Below the pieces are notes generated by a model that was given only the letters and a program-made list of their open reading frames with translations, ran no database searches and was not told the DNA's origin. The position numbers and the translations under genes were made by a program. From a virus (taxonomy: Duplodnaviria; Caudoviricetes), in the IMG/VR virus record IMGVR_UViG_3300021255_002723, positions 30,122 through 94,121 of that record: 64,000 bases of DNA; one strand, given 5' to 3'. Below, in pieces: positions 1-10,621 of the stretch. Position 1 is the stretch's first letter. Each line of letters starts with the position of its first letter.

Positions 1-1234
1 AGAATCCACCAATATAAACAGTACTCTTGTAAAATCCTTGAATATGGAATTTATCTAGAAATTCTTTAGCGTCATTACTTAATATTTCACGAATTTGGAT
101 TTTACGTCCAGCTATTCGTTGCAAATTATAATCCTTACCAAGTATATGTTTTATTTTCGTCAATACAATATCTTTATGGTTAACGTATTCATCTTCAAAA
201 ATATGAATTAATCCATATCCTTTCTCATTGCATTGTAACGTTTTTTCTAAGTGATATTTATGATTTTTCTTGCCAAAAAATTCGCTATGCCACTTTAAAC
301 CGTCAAATTCAATACCAATTTTAACACTTGGGACTAATATATCAATTTCCCTACCTATTAAAATTTGTCTGTTTGCATCGTGTTCTACCCCAAGTTCTGA
401 AATATAATCATTAATTTCCTTTTCATATGAAGAAATGAATCTATTTTTTGACACAACAAGATTTCCAAGTTTCATATCCCTCTGTGCTTGCTCTAGCATA
501 TCTTTTGACATAACTCTTGCGTCTGGATATTGTTTCTTAAATTCCACCATTCCCATACTATGTGAGTTTCTAAGATGACTATAAGTAATCTTAGGCATTT
601 TTTTTCCGCAAATAGGGCATACCACATAGTTATTAGGGTCTTCGAGTCTTATTTCTTTTTCAATCACCTTAGTTTGCTTTTTGAAATAATTATAATCCTC
701 TGGGTGCCTCTTAAGATGTTCCTTAATAGTCATATGGTGAACTGAAGTTAAGTGATGCGTAAAAGCACCACTCTTATTACCAATATCATTAGTACCCCAA
801 TCGCAGTAAGGGCATTTAATAGAATATTCTACATCTTTTTCTTCCACAATATCAAACCATTGCTCCCACCAATAGTTACCAGTTTCCATATAATATTTTC
901 TTCTGTCATATAAAGTAGGGGCTTTAATATGATATACTTTCTCTATATATGTTGTCAGTAGCCCAGCATTGTTCATATGGTCATTATATTTAGTACCGTT
1001 GTTTTTGTCAACAGCGACATAATGATACCCATTATGTTCTTTGTATTTCTTTATACGATAGTCAGCGACAACAAATGAACTCTTGTCCATTGGCTGTTTA
1101 CCTTTTTTCCTCAATTCAACCCCATTGTCGGAGAGTATTTTCTTCACTTTCAATTTGCCAATATGATATTTCTCACAAACATCATATATTCCCATACCAT
1201 TTTGATAATCATTTATTAATTCTTTTGCGTTCAT
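1..1234 (-). CDS. Hef-like/Vsr-type homing endonuclease with zinc fingers (runs off the window edge)
   Basis: Manual translation from ATG 1234 (MNAKELINDYQNG...) is open to the window edge. It has CPYC..H..H and CPIC..H..H fingers, then EIDILVPSVKIGIEFDGLKWHSE, LIHIFEDE and FLDKFHIQG. A TATCTTTGCA box lies upstream at 1254-1263. Confidence 0.75.
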   Translation of the reverse strand, partial: MNAKELINDYQNGMGIYDVCEKYHIGKLKVKKILSDNGVELRKKGKQPMDKSSFVVADYRIKKYKEHNGYHYVAVDKNNGTKYNDHMNNAGLLTTYIEKVYHIKAPTLYDRRKYYMETGNYWWEQWFDIVEEKDVEYSIKCPYCDWGTNDIGNKSGAFTHHLTSVHHMTIKEHLKRHPEDYNYFKKQTKVIEKEIRLEDPNNYVVCPICGKKMPKITYSHLRNSHSMGMVEFKKQYPDARVMSKDMLEQAQRDMKLGNLVVSKNRFISSYEKEINDYISELGVEHDANRQILIGREIDILVPSVKIGIEFDGLKWHSEFFGKKNHKYHLEKTLQCNEKGYGLIHIFEDEYVNHKDIVLTKIKHILGKDYNLQRIAGRKIQIREILSNDAKEFLDKFHIQGFYKSTVYIGGF

Positions 1235-1348
1235 ATAACTTATATTTTTATAGTGCAAAGATATATATATATTTTCTAATTTCCAAACATTATTAATTAT
1301 TTATAATAAATATCAGAAAAAAATAAAAAGGGTTGAATAAAAACAATA

Positions 1349-1383
1349 AAAAATCTTGAGCGATTTTTCACCCAAGATTTTTT
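1349..1383 (-). terminator. Intrinsic terminator after major capsid gene
   Basis: aaaaatcttgag...cccaagattttt inverted repeat with A/T tails. Confidence 0.6.
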
Positions 1384-1408
1384 ATGTAAGTTGCTGAAGT
1401 TCAGCGAT

Positions 1409-3451
1409 TTATCTAAACTCATTAATTGACCAATGTACAAGTCCATCAACACGAACATGGCCGTAGTACCTATTATTCACCATCTTCTTCGCATAACGTG
1501 TCATAATTCCCTTAACTGGTGCGAAGTTGAATGGGTTGTACATAGTAGGAGTCAACTGCATTGGCACATATGGTGCATAGATGTAACCTGTGTCAAGAAG
1601 TGACTTACCCTTGTGACCGATGATAATTGACCAGTGAGGTGAATATGGGTCACGATATACAGTGTAACGTCCGCTTAATGAACCAATCTTCTCAATACCC
1701 ATGTTGTACTGGTCGCTCTCTGCTGATGCATCTGAAACGTGGAAGTACTCAAGGTTGTCGAACAATGCGCTAATTTCTGAAGATACAACTATGAAGTTTG
1801 CACCACCACGAAGAGTTGACTTGTGAATCTGTGCAGAAATCTGGTTAATCTTAGTCATAAGCTCTTGGTTCCAGTCCTTCTGAGTGTAGTTAGTTGAGAA
1901 TGCTGCCATACGTCTCCAACCGTTAACATCCCAACGAGCTTGCCAAGGTGCACCCTTACGAAGGTCACGAAGAATTTCACGGTCAATTTCTGCTGCAATC
2001 TGCTCTGAAAGGATAGCAGTCAACTCAGCCTCTGCGTCAATGTTGTGGAATGCAGAAACGTCTTGTGCCAACTCTGGTGACCATGTAGCACGAAGCTTTC
2101 TTTCCTCAACTGATACTGTTACTGAATCAAGCTTGAAGCTAACCTCACCGATTTCGGTCTCAAGTTCAAGAGAATCATACTGTGCCCAAGCAATCTTGAA
2201 CAAACTTGCAATATTTTCCTTAGTTGCCTCGTAGTCGATAGAACCACCAGTGGTCTTAACGATTTCTGCGTCTAAAGCAGCAGCGTCAACACCAATGTAA
2301 CCATCGATAGTACCTGCTTGCTGGATAACTGGTTTAGCCAAATCCAACTCAATATACATCTTACCTTCAGCATCGCAAGCTGCACCGTATTCTACGATAC
2401 CCTTACCATACTTCTGAGTAACAACTCTGAAAGGAACAGACTCGAACTTACGGAAAGCTGCGGTCTTAACAGTGTCAGAACCAGGAGCATTAGCTGCTGC
2501 GAATTCCTTCTGAGTGATAACCTTCAAAGAAGCCAAGAAACCTTCGGTATCCATTTCGTTACCATCAGGACCAGTTAACTTTGATGCGTTAAATGATGAG
2601 AAGCCATCAATCTCAAGAATCAAGTTACGGATAGTTCCGTCAAATCCACTCTGGAAGTACATGTTCAAGTTGTCAGCACCAAAAGGACGAACACCACCAG
2701 GGGTTAGGAATACTGGAACAGCACCACCAACCTTGATAGTAACCTTACCCTTTGAGTTGTCATACAAGAAGTCATTGTAGAACAAGTCATACAAACTCTT
2801 CTGGAAATACTGAGTTACTTCTGGACCTGCTTGACGAAGAGCAGTTACACCAAGACCTTCAGCAGCAGCACGCTCTTTAGCTGCATCGAAGTCGGTTGCA
2901 TCCTCAAGAGTCTCGTTCAACTGTGGAACGTACCATGAGTTCTTGTCAAGTTCACTTACAGTCTCGTCTGGAAGATAGTAACGTGGTTCAACACGGCCTT
3001 CCTTGTTACGGTTTACACGGTCATAGCCCATGAGACCCTTGTGACGACCAGTAGTGCCATCGATGATGTCACCAGGAGTTGCGCCAGTTGCATCCTCTGG
3101 AAGTTCCCACTCTCTCTCTGAAGTAACAGGGAGGATGAAGAACAACTTACCAACTGGAAGGTTCATAGCTTGAACTGAAACGATGTCATTAGCAAGCAAC
3201 TTGCTAAATACACGTCTAATGATTGGGAAAACAACGGTCTCAAATGAACCGCTATTGTCTGAAGCAGTAGCCTCGTAAATCAAGTGCTTTGCCTCATTTT
3301 CGTACAATGTAGCAACATTCTCCTTGATACCCTCTGGCAAACCTTCGGTAAAGCCGAGCTGGTCCCAGCGGTTCTGAATGTCCTCACGTATCTGTCTTTG
3401 TGCGTTGTACTCGATATTACCAACTACACCACTTGATAGAAATTCCTTCAT
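1409..3451 (-). CDS. Major capsid protein, T4 gp23-like
   Basis: Motifs IVSVQAM..PVGKLFF, RKLRATWSPELAQD, AEIDREI, YIYAPYVP and PVKGIMTRY. Start refined to MKEFLSSG. Confidence 0.95.
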   Translation of the reverse strand: MKEFLSSGVVGNIEYNAQRQIREDIQNRWDQLGFTEGLPEGIKENVATLYENEAKHLIYEATASDNSGSFETVVFPIIRRVFSKLLANDIVSVQAMNLPVGKLFFILPVTSEREWELPEDATGATPGDIIDGTTGRHKGLMGYDRVNRNKEGRVEPRYYLPDETVSELDKNSWYVPQLNETLEDATDFDAAKERAAAEGLGVTALRQAGPEVTQYFQKSLYDLFYNDFLYDNSKGKVTIKVGGAVPVFLTPGGVRPFGADNLNMYFQSGFDGTIRNLILEIDGFSSFNASKLTGPDGNEMDTEGFLASLKVITQKEFAAANAPGSDTVKTAAFRKFESVPFRVVTQKYGKGIVEYGAACDAEGKMYIELDLAKPVIQQAGTIDGYIGVDAAALDAEIVKTTGGSIDYEATKENIASLFKIAWAQYDSLELETEIGEVSFKLDSVTVSVEERKLRATWSPELAQDVSAFHNIDAEAELTAILSEQIAAEIDREILRDLRKGAPWQARWDVNGWRRMAAFSTNYTQKDWNQELMTKINQISAQIHKSTLRGGANFIVVSSEISALFDNLEYFHVSDASAESDQYNMGIEKIGSLSGRYTVYRDPYSPHWSIIIGHKGKSLLDTGYIYAPYVPMQLTPTMYNPFNFAPVKGIMTRYAKKMVNNRYYGHVRVDGLVHWSINEFR

Positions 3452-3522
3452 ATAATTTAATGAATTATTTTTTAAGTTATTTTTTTTTTTATTATAAATA
3501 CACACAAAAATCAAAAAGTGCT

Positions 3523-5040
3523 TTATTTCATCATTCTGTGCATCAAATCAAGAGAATCTAACATGTCAGGTGACTTGTAGATAGTTGTCTCATTGATTTT
3601 CTTTGAACCTTCAACCGTAAGACTCTTGTCTTCAGTGATGTTCATTTTATTTGATTTCTTTAGGTCACGACTGATGGATTCGTAAAGATTCTTAGATGCC
3701 TCAATTGTCTTAGCCTCCTTTGAGAATCTAGAAATGATTTCTTTCTTCTCATCTTGTGAAGTTGAATTTTCAGAAATCAACTTGATAATCTGTGCAAGAT
3801 TATGGTTGGTTACAGCAGCTTCCTTCAATGACTGCATAACGTCAGTCAAAGTTGTCTTAAGCTCCTTGTTCTCAGAAAGAGCCTTGTTTGCTCTTCTCAT
3901 GAAGCTCTCGTTGGTCTTATCATCACCATTGACAGTAACGGTAACATCTACATCGCCACTGTTGTAACGAGGCGTTGCAGTGCCCTTAACTCTACTGCCA
4001 CCCTTACTCATAGAACGAGCGTTACGTCCGCTTGAGTTAGGAACATGAGACTTAGATGTGCTGTTCTGTTGCACAAAACCGCCAACGTTAGTAGCCTCTT
4101 CTATACTCTCTTCCTCAAGTTGCTTACCTTTGCTGTCGTTGAATGGCTTGTCTGCCTTATTTTTCTTGCCGCCTTTATATCCTGACCAAGGCTTTTCAGT
4201 TCCATGAGGAACACCTGCATCCCAGTCGTTTACATTCTTGCCTGGTTCTGACATACCTGGATTGGTCATTACATCCTTTTTCTGATAATTGTCAGTGTAT
4301 CCTACGTTTGAGTCATACTCTAAAACCAACTCAAACAGTCTTTTTGTTGATTCGTTCATATCGTCATAATCATTATTTTCAAAATCATCTTCTGCACTGT
4401 CATCAGTAATTACTTCATCGTCATTTTCGACTCCAGTTGTTTCACCTTCGTCATCAAGTTTGATTAGGTACTCAGCTCCAGTTTCATTGTCTTGAATGTT
4501 GACATTTCCATTGTCATCTTTATGAACAAGAATCTGGTCATCATTCTTCATTAATTTGTAAACCTTTACGATTTCCTCGTCTTCCGCATTTGTAAAGTCA
4601 TACTCATCGTCTGATATTTTGTACTTGTCAAAATCAGCCCATTCATCGCCATCTTCGCCCTCATCTTCTACACCGTCAATTGCGTCAGCTACTTCACCCT
4701 CATCGCCAGTTTCACCTGCGACTTCATCAGACTCCATATCTTCCTCACCTTCAGTGCTAGCAGAATCAGCGTCCGTACCAGCGTCAGTGTCTTCTACGCC
4801 ATCCGTAGGAGCTTCACTTGATTCGGCATCATCTGTAATATCAGAACTAGTATCTTCCACTTCCTCTTCTTCGTAGTCCTCATCATTGCCCTCAGACAAT
4901 AACTTGGCATATGTATCACGCACAGCCTCATCCAAAAGGGTCTTGACTGCGCTTTCGGTATTTTCCCTCAAAGAGTTTGCGAGTGTGTTGTAATCTAATA
5001 AAGATTCTCTAACTACTTTGCTTCTAATATTTTTGCTCAT
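3523..5040 (-). CDS. Prohead core/scaffolding-like acidic protein
   Basis: Very acidic with a coiled-coil C-terminus and many [LIV]xE sites; directly upstream of the capsid gene. Confidence 0.7.
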   Translation of the reverse strand: MSKNIRSKVVRESLLDYNTLANSLRENTESAVKTLLDEAVRDTYAKLLSEGNDEDYEEEEVEDTSSDITDDAESSEAPTDGVEDTDAGTDADSASTEGEEDMESDEVAGETGDEGEVADAIDGVEDEGEDGDEWADFDKYKISDDEYDFTNAEDEEIVKVYKLMKNDDQILVHKDDNGNVNIQDNETGAEYLIKLDDEGETTGVENDDEVITDDSAEDDFENNDYDDMNESTKRLFELVLEYDSNVGYTDNYQKKDVMTNPGMSEPGKNVNDWDAGVPHGTEKPWSGYKGGKKNKADKPFNDSKGKQLEEESIEEATNVGGFVQQNSTSKSHVPNSSGRNARSMSKGGSRVKGTATPRYNSGDVDVTVTVNGDDKTNESFMRRANKALSENKELKTTLTDVMQSLKEAAVTNHNLAQIIKLISENSTSQDEKKEIISRFSKEAKTIEASKNLYESISRDLKKSNKMNITEDKSLTVEGSKKINETTIYKSPDMLDSLDLMHRMMK

Positions 5041-5212
5041 AGAAAATATTTTAATACATTATTTTAAATATAAATATAGCACAAATGCAAAAAAATTACG
5101 TTAAATCCCTAAAATAATAGCATTTAACTGTTTTTTTCATACCTACATTATATATAAGCTATTATATAAATATTTACATTGTCTCAAATATTTATAATAA
5201 AAAAATACTAAA

Positions 5213-5950
5213 ATGGAAAAAAACGAGATAGATATGCAGTTATTGAAAGCGGGTGTTAGAAGACCTGATTTGGAAATAATTAAAGAAGGAAAAACAGGTC
5301 ATGGCATCCTAATTGAACATGATGGATATATGTACATCAAAGAAAACAGACAAATTAAAGAAAGTCTTGAAAACGGTGAGTGGCATGTTCCATACCCATT
5401 CATTGTTGACGCTGTATTCCAAAAATTTGGAATCAAAAACGCAAACGGAAGAATATATCCTGAAGAAGTTTTGAAAAAACAAGTTGAATTATATCAACAG
5501 AAGATTGATGAAAGAAGAGCAATAGGTGAGTTAAATCACCCAGCAGAGTCAACAATTGACCTTGATAGAATTGCAATCAATATCATAGAGCTTCATTGGG
5601 AAGGTAGGACACTAGTTGGAAAACTCGAAATAAACACTTCACATGGTTTCAGAAAACATGGAATAGTTTCAACTCGTGGAGACCAAATGGCCAATTTGCT
5701 ACTCAATGGAATAAAGATAGGAGTATCTTCTAGAGGTGTTGGTTCTGTAGAGCAGAAATTAGGCCAATACATCGTTGGTGACGATTTTGAACTAATCTGT
5801 TGGGATGTTGTTAGTGACCCTTCAACTCCAGGTGCTTACGTTGGACAACCAGAGGAATTACAACAGTATGTTGAAAATGACACAACAAACAAAGGAAAAT
5901 CAACCATCAATGAAAAAATAAGTAAAATTAAAAGCATACTTAATTCATGA
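5213..5950 (+). CDS. Prohead protease, T4 gp21-like
   Basis: NANGRIYP, GELNHP, GVSSRGVGS and WDVVSDPSTPGA motifs. Confidence 0.93.
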   Translation: MEKNEIDMQLLKAGVRRPDLEIIKEGKTGHGILIEHDGYMYIKENRQIKESLENGEWHVPYPFIVDAVFQKFGIKNANGRIYPEEVLKKQVELYQQKIDERRAIGELNHPAESTIDLDRIAINIIELHWEGRTLVGKLEINTSHGFRKHGIVSTRGDQMANLLLNGIKIGVSSRGVGSVEQKLGQYIVGDDFELICWDVVSDPSTPGAYVGQPEELQQYVENDTTNKGKSTINEKISKIKSILNS

Positions 5951-6291
5951 AAATTATAATCACTGAACAAGCTTTTAGGAAATTATTAAAAGAATCAATT
6001 GAAGACATTCTTTATGGTAAAGGTAAAGGGCATAGAGGATATGCAATACCAAATATACCACAACCTAAAAGAAGAGTGTATGACTTTGGGCAGAAGAGAG
6101 ACCCAAACGATGACATGTTCGATGGTATGCCTCACTCATACACTGTGAGCATATGGGATAACAGCGTTAACACAGAAAGGGAATTCTCTGACACGTTTGA
6201 CAACATAAGAAGCTCTCGTGAGTTAGATGATGCTGTAAGGGCAAAATACCCAAGGTTAAGCCATTGGAGAAATCTTAGAAAATTTAATTAA
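5947..6291 (+). CDS. Hypothetical protein with head-targeting-like leader
   Basis: ORF starting MKIIITEQAFRKLLKES. Confidence 0.6.
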   Translation: MKIIITEQAFRKLLKESIEDILYGKGKGHRGYAIPNIPQPKRRVYDFGQKRDPNDDMFDGMPHSYTVSIWDNSVNTEREFSDTFDNIRSSRELDDAVRAKYPRLSHWRNLRKFN

Positions 6292-6298
6292 ATTTGGC

Positions 6299-7138
6299 AT
6301 GAAAAAAATTCTTATAAACGAAGGGCAATACAAAATATTAAACGAATATCATCATGCATATGACAATGGTTTACAAAATGATGCTGTAGAAATTGCCAAT
6401 GAAGTTTGTGAACTTGTAAAGCAAGGATGGACTAAAGGCATGCAGATGCAATTTGACAGTGACTATAAACTGTCTACCCCTTATACTTACACTTTAAAAT
6501 GTTTTGGTGAAAGCAAAAAGTTGTATGTGTACGCTTGGGACGAGCCAGAAACTTGTGCATACGTTTACCCAAACAAACTTTACATAGGGGCACAGCTAAT
6601 AAATGATTCTTTAGAAAATGGTAACAAAGAATACTTAGTACAATCAATATATCACGAATTAGGCCATCTTACAAACGGTGTGTATGGCGGTTATACTCAA
6701 GGAAACAGAGACTTTAAAAGGCCAACATTTTTTAAGATAAAAAATGACAAATTATATCAAAAAATTACCAAATGTTTATACAAGTTTTTGTCAAGGGAAC
6801 TTAAAGCAAGATGTTTTGAAACAACTATGTTTTTAAAAAACAACATGAACAGAAACATTACCATTCAAGATGTATATGATAACCGTTGTTCCGACATTTC
6901 TATGATGAGAAGATTTGTAAAAAGTCTAAAACACATATCTTCGTTAGGTGAAAGTGGGGATACCATGAATATAATAAACGAATTGTATAAAAACTGTATT
7001 AATGATTATAAAAATCCATCTTGGGATAACAAATGTAAAAAAGTGATTTTATATTTTGAGAACAAACTACAATGGCTTAAAAAAAGAGTTGACAAAATAT
7101 ATTATGACTATAAAACAAATTACGGAAATTTTAGCTAA
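6299..7138 (+). CDS. Leader-bearing protein with HExxH zincin-like motif
   Basis: Leader MKKILINEGQYKILNE; motif SIYHELGHL. Confidence 0.55.
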   Translation: MKKILINEGQYKILNEYHHAYDNGLQNDAVEIANEVCELVKQGWTKGMQMQFDSDYKLSTPYTYTLKCFGESKKLYVYAWDEPETCAYVYPNKLYIGAQLINDSLENGNKEYLVQSIYHELGHLTNGVYGGYTQGNRDFKRPTFFKIKNDKLYQKITKCLYKFLSRELKARCFETTMFLKNNMNRNITIQDVYDNRCSDISMMRRFVKSLKHISSLGESGDTMNIINELYKNCINDYKNPSWDNKCKKVILYFENKLQWLKKRVDKIYYDYKTNYGNFS

Positions 7139-7192
7139 AAAATTTGCTTTTTGAAAAATAATTCTTATATTTTATATATAAGAATTATTTTT

Positions 7193-7627
7193 ATGAAACG
7201 ATTGAACAAAGAATACAAACTAGATGTGTGCAACCACATGATTCTCAAGTATGGGAGTGTAAACAAAGATAACCCACAAGTCGTTTATGTATCTGGACGT
7301 TGTTGGGTTTCGCCACAAACTGACATGGACTATGAGTCAGTTGTCTACGAAATAGAAAAAAAAGTTAGGAATACCATCAAGGCATTCCTGATGGATGGTG
7401 TCAACTTTGACAATAAATTTATTCTAGACTTTGACATCAACACAGACAAAATGAATAAGAATGACAAAAAATTCTTATCATTTGACCTATACCTAAAACA
7501 AAATGAAAACAATAAGAAGACTCTTAAGGAACTGAAGGAACTGCTTATGCATAGAATAAGCACTGTGGCTAATAGCATTGTATATTTTTTTAAGGAAAAC
7601 AATTTCGAAATTAACAAAAAGAAATGA
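7193..7627 (+). CDS. Hypothetical phage protein
   Basis: ORF with start refined to MKRLNKEY. Confidence 0.65.
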   Translation: MKRLNKEYKLDVCNHMILKYGSVNKDNPQVVYVSGRCWVSPQTDMDYESVVYEIEKKVRNTIKAFLMDGVNFDNKFILDFDINTDKMNKNDKKFLSFDLYLKQNENNKKTLKELKELLMHRISTVANSIVYFFKENNFEINKKK

Positions 7628-7650
7628 TATTTATATAAAAACATAATACA

Positions 7651-7977
7651 ATGAAAAAGATAATTAGACTTACAGAATCAGACTTACACAGAATAGTGAA
7701 GAATTCAGTCCAAAGAATTCTTAAGGAAGACAATGTGCTTGGTAATGACTTTATGCAAGATGGGGGAAATGAAATGGATAACAATACTTCAGTAAACAAC
7801 AATTACCAATCATTCAAAGACCAAAAAGATGATTTACCATTTGGCCTAGATGATGATTTTAGCCCATTATTTAAAAACGAACATGATTGGGGTGCTCAAG
7901 GAGAGGAAAACATCGACCCAACGTTTTATGAAGACCCAGATTGGTATCGTGATGACGTGATGGGTGAAGAATGGTAA
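7651..7977 (+). CDS. Leader-bearing acidic protein (putative internal head protein)
   Basis: MKKIIRLTESDLHRIVKNSVQRILKE; ATATTTATA upstream at 7627. Confidence 0.7.
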   Translation: MKKIIRLTESDLHRIVKNSVQRILKEDNVLGNDFMQDGGNEMDNNTSVNNNYQSFKDQKDDLPFGLDDDFSPLFKNEHDWGAQGEENIDPTFYEDPDWYRDDVMGEEW

Positions 7978-7983
7978 TACAAT

Positions 7984-8015
7984 AAAAAGAGCAACTTTAA
8001 TTAGTTGCTCTTTTT
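7984..8015. terminator. Bidirectional intrinsic terminator; target site of element 1
   Basis: aaaaagagcaact-ttaatt-agttgctcttttt. Confidence 0.8.
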
Positions 8016-8019
8016 ATTT

Positions 8020-8667
8020 GGCAATAACATAGAAGTTGACCCAACAAATCCCATCTTACTGATATTTATTATTAAAAATAACTGTATAAACACATTAAAA
8101 CGATATGAAGAAACTTATAAGATTAACAGAATCTGACTTACATAGAATTGTGATAGAGTCAGTGAAAAGAATCATCAAAGAAAATAATCAAAGGCATAAA
8201 AAAATAATAAGAGAATTCGAAGATGATGAAAGAGACTTTGGACAGTTCGGAGATTATCCACCATCTATGGAAGACATAGAAAAAGAATCAATGATAGATT
8301 GCACATTCTTGATTAATCAAAATGAATTAATATTAGAGCCAAGCGGAAACGTAATTAAAAACGATATACCAGATGATGAGTGGTGCTCAATAGAAATAAC
8401 ACCAGTATTCGAGAAAGATATAAATAGCCTATATGTTGATGACCTAAATTGGGAGTATTGCGAAGTGTCAGCCGAAATGGAAAAATCAATGGAATTGAAA
8501 ACAATGATTGATAACGCAATAGAACAACACTTTGACGAAATATGCCAAAAAATATATAATACATCACCATATTCCTAAATAAATATTTTGTATAACTATA
8601 CAAAAATGAGCAACCTAGCTAGGTTGCTCATTTTTTAGATATATGGGTCAACTTCGATGTTATTGCC
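8020..8667 (+). mobile_element. Non-autonomous IS1595-type cassette (element 1) with one passenger gene
   Basis: TIRs ggcaataacatagaagttgaccca (8020-8043) and tgggtcaacttcgatgttattgcc (8644-8667), 1 mismatch in 24. The 8-bp direct repeat ttttattt lies at 8012-8019 and 8668-8675. Confidence 0.9.
8105..8578 (+). CDS. Passenger gene of element 1; leader-bearing acidic protein
   Basis: MKKLIRLTESDLHRIVIESVKRIIKE; own ATATTTAT motif at 8062 and terminator hairpin at about 8602-8636. Confidence 0.75.
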   Translation: MKKLIRLTESDLHRIVIESVKRIIKENNQRHKKIIREFEDDERDFGQFGDYPPSMEDIEKESMIDCTFLINQNELILEPSGNVIKNDIPDDEWCSIEITPVFEKDINSLYVDDLNWEYCEVSAEMEKSMELKTMIDNAIEQHFDEICQKIYNTSPYS

Positions 8668-8674
8668 TTTTATT

Positions 8675-8905
8675 TTACATTGACATCATCTGTTGTAGCT
8701 TTCTAAGCTCCTTGACTATGCCTCCAAGTTTTTCTATGGTAACTTCATGCCTAGATACGCCACCGCCAAGGATTTGGTTGTACAAACCTTCTAATTGGTC
8801 TGCACACACCCTAACCGTTTCACTGTCATTAGGATTCTTATATTCTTTTAGCATTTCCTTACTCCCTATATATTCATTAATTACTTCATTGATAATATCC
8901 TTCAT
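8675..8905 (-). CDS. Small hypothetical protein (IxE/LxE-rich N-terminus)
   Basis: ORF coupled to the upstream gene. Confidence 0.6.
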   Translation of the reverse strand: MKDIINEVINEYIGSKEMLKEYKNPNDSETVRVCADQLEGLYNQILGGGVSRHEVTIEKLGGIVKELRKLQQMMSM

Positions 8906-8910
8906 AACAG

Positions 8911-10551
8911 TTAATCATCCATTAAAATATCCCTTATTTCAAGTAACTTTGCGATGTCCTTTACAATTGATTCTTTGTTGAACTTCTGTTCTTCCAACTG
9001 TGACTTCAATTGCTTCAACTCTGTATTTTCAGCGTCTTCCTTCAACATCTGGTTTATCTTTTCAATGCATTCATTTTTGAACTTGTTGAAAAGCTTTTCC
9101 TTTCTCTTCTCTGCGATTGGACTTCTGAAATCAGTTATCTGCTGAACGAATGACATTTCAGACTCAGTAAGAGTGTCTTTCAACTTGCTTTCAAAGTTCT
9201 TTACAAGCTTGCTAGGGTCTACTGACTCATTTATGGCATCACCCTTGTGCTTGTTCATATATTCACATATGTTGTTGGTGCTCTCAGCCAATGTTGCAAC
9301 GTTAACTACAGAATTCTTCTTGGTGAAGATGTTATGACCAGACTCATATAAGGTTCTCATTTCATCGTTGATGAAATCAGTAGGAATAATATTGTTCTCT
9401 TTAAGTATGTTCCTAAACTTTGCGTTTGACTTCAACAATGTTTCCCTATTGATTGTAGGTACAACTGCTTCATATAGTTTCTGTGCCAACTCTTCTGGCT
9501 TTAATATATCAGCCATCTTACCACGATAGTTTCTTATTGCATTGTAATAGTTAAACTGACTTGACAAATTGCTGTCTTCTTTGATTAGCTTTACAACATC
9601 CCTAACAACTTTCTTGTTGTTTTTGAACAATTCTGGAAGTCTTTCTTCAAATATATGGTTTAAGATACCAAAGTTATTTGTATTAAGTTCAGCAGCAAGT
9701 TCATTTTCATGTCTACTGTCTTCAACTGCTTCGTCTAGCATCTCTTTCACATAATCATAAGCCTTGAAATCGTTTTTTTGAAGAGCTTCGTTCATTATAC
9801 TGATGTAGTTTGAAAACTCTTCTTGGTATTTATTTTTTTTCATATTAACTTTGTTTTCTTTTATCGTTTTTTTAGGTTTTTTCTCTTCTTGTCTAATCAA
9901 TGAATTATACTGGGCAATTGTCATTCCACCCAATTTGCTTGATTTCTTTTCTAGCGCTGAATTTGGTGTATTATACTGTCTAATAAATTCAACTAATTTT
10001 TCACTCATAGACGGTGAATCTTTTATATCATAATTCATCCATGCTTCATTGCTTGGATTACTAGGTTTATTTGAATTAATGTATTCTCTAACCGTAACAT
10101 TCAAACGTCCATTGTTGCCACTTATAACATAAATGAAATCTAAATACTTATCAACACCATCTATTTTATTTAACAAATCAGCCAATTCTTCTGACGAAAC
10201 AGTATACCATGTTGTTACAACTCTAGGCGTTAAAAATATCCTTCCTTTAAATGCTGCTGTGTCATATACTGCATCTTGCACAGCTCTTACAACATTTTCG
10301 TCAACATATTCACTATATAATGCTTTTCCAAGTATATTGTTAGCCAAATTCTTTGAAATATCCCAATGACAAAGTTTGTCATCATACATAAATTCTTTTT
10401 CGCCATCCAAACTTGTCTGGAAATATCCAAATGAAATTATGTTTGGCTGTGTATAATGAAACGATGCTTTACGCTCGTCTGTGCCATCGTCATATAGATT
10501 AAGTGTATCTGGATTTCCACTAAAATATTCTAGTAAATTATGTTTTTTCAT
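8911..10551 (-). CDS. Two-part head-module protein (N-terminal domain plus helical C-terminal domain)
   Basis: 546-aa ORF next to the portal gene; internal linker KKTIKENKVNMKK. Confidence 0.65.
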   Translation of the reverse strand: MKKHNLLEYFSGNPDTLNLYDDGTDERKASFHYTQPNIISFGYFQTSLDGEKEFMYDDKLCHWDISKNLANNILGKALYSEYVDENVVRAVQDAVYDTAAFKGRIFLTPRVVTTWYTVSSEELADLLNKIDGVDKYLDFIYVISGNNGRLNVTVREYINSNKPSNPSNEAWMNYDIKDSPSMSEKLVEFIRQYNTPNSALEKKSSKLGGMTIAQYNSLIRQEEKKPKKTIKENKVNMKKNKYQEEFSNYISIMNEALQKNDFKAYDYVKEMLDEAVEDSRHENELAAELNTNNFGILNHIFEERLPELFKNNKKVVRDVVKLIKEDSNLSSQFNYYNAIRNYRGKMADILKPEELAQKLYEAVVPTINRETLLKSNAKFRNILKENNIIPTDFINDEMRTLYESGHNIFTKKNSVVNVATLAESTNNICEYMNKHKGDAINESVDPSKLVKNFESKLKDTLTESEMSFVQQITDFRSPIAEKRKEKLFNKFKNECIEKINQMLKEDAENTELKQLKSQLEEQKFNKESIVKDIAKLLEIRDILMDD

Positions 10552-10621
10552 TTAAATACTATTTCTTATAAATATAAATAAATAGCAAAAGGTGCAACAT
10601 TTGAGTCACACCTTTATCATC

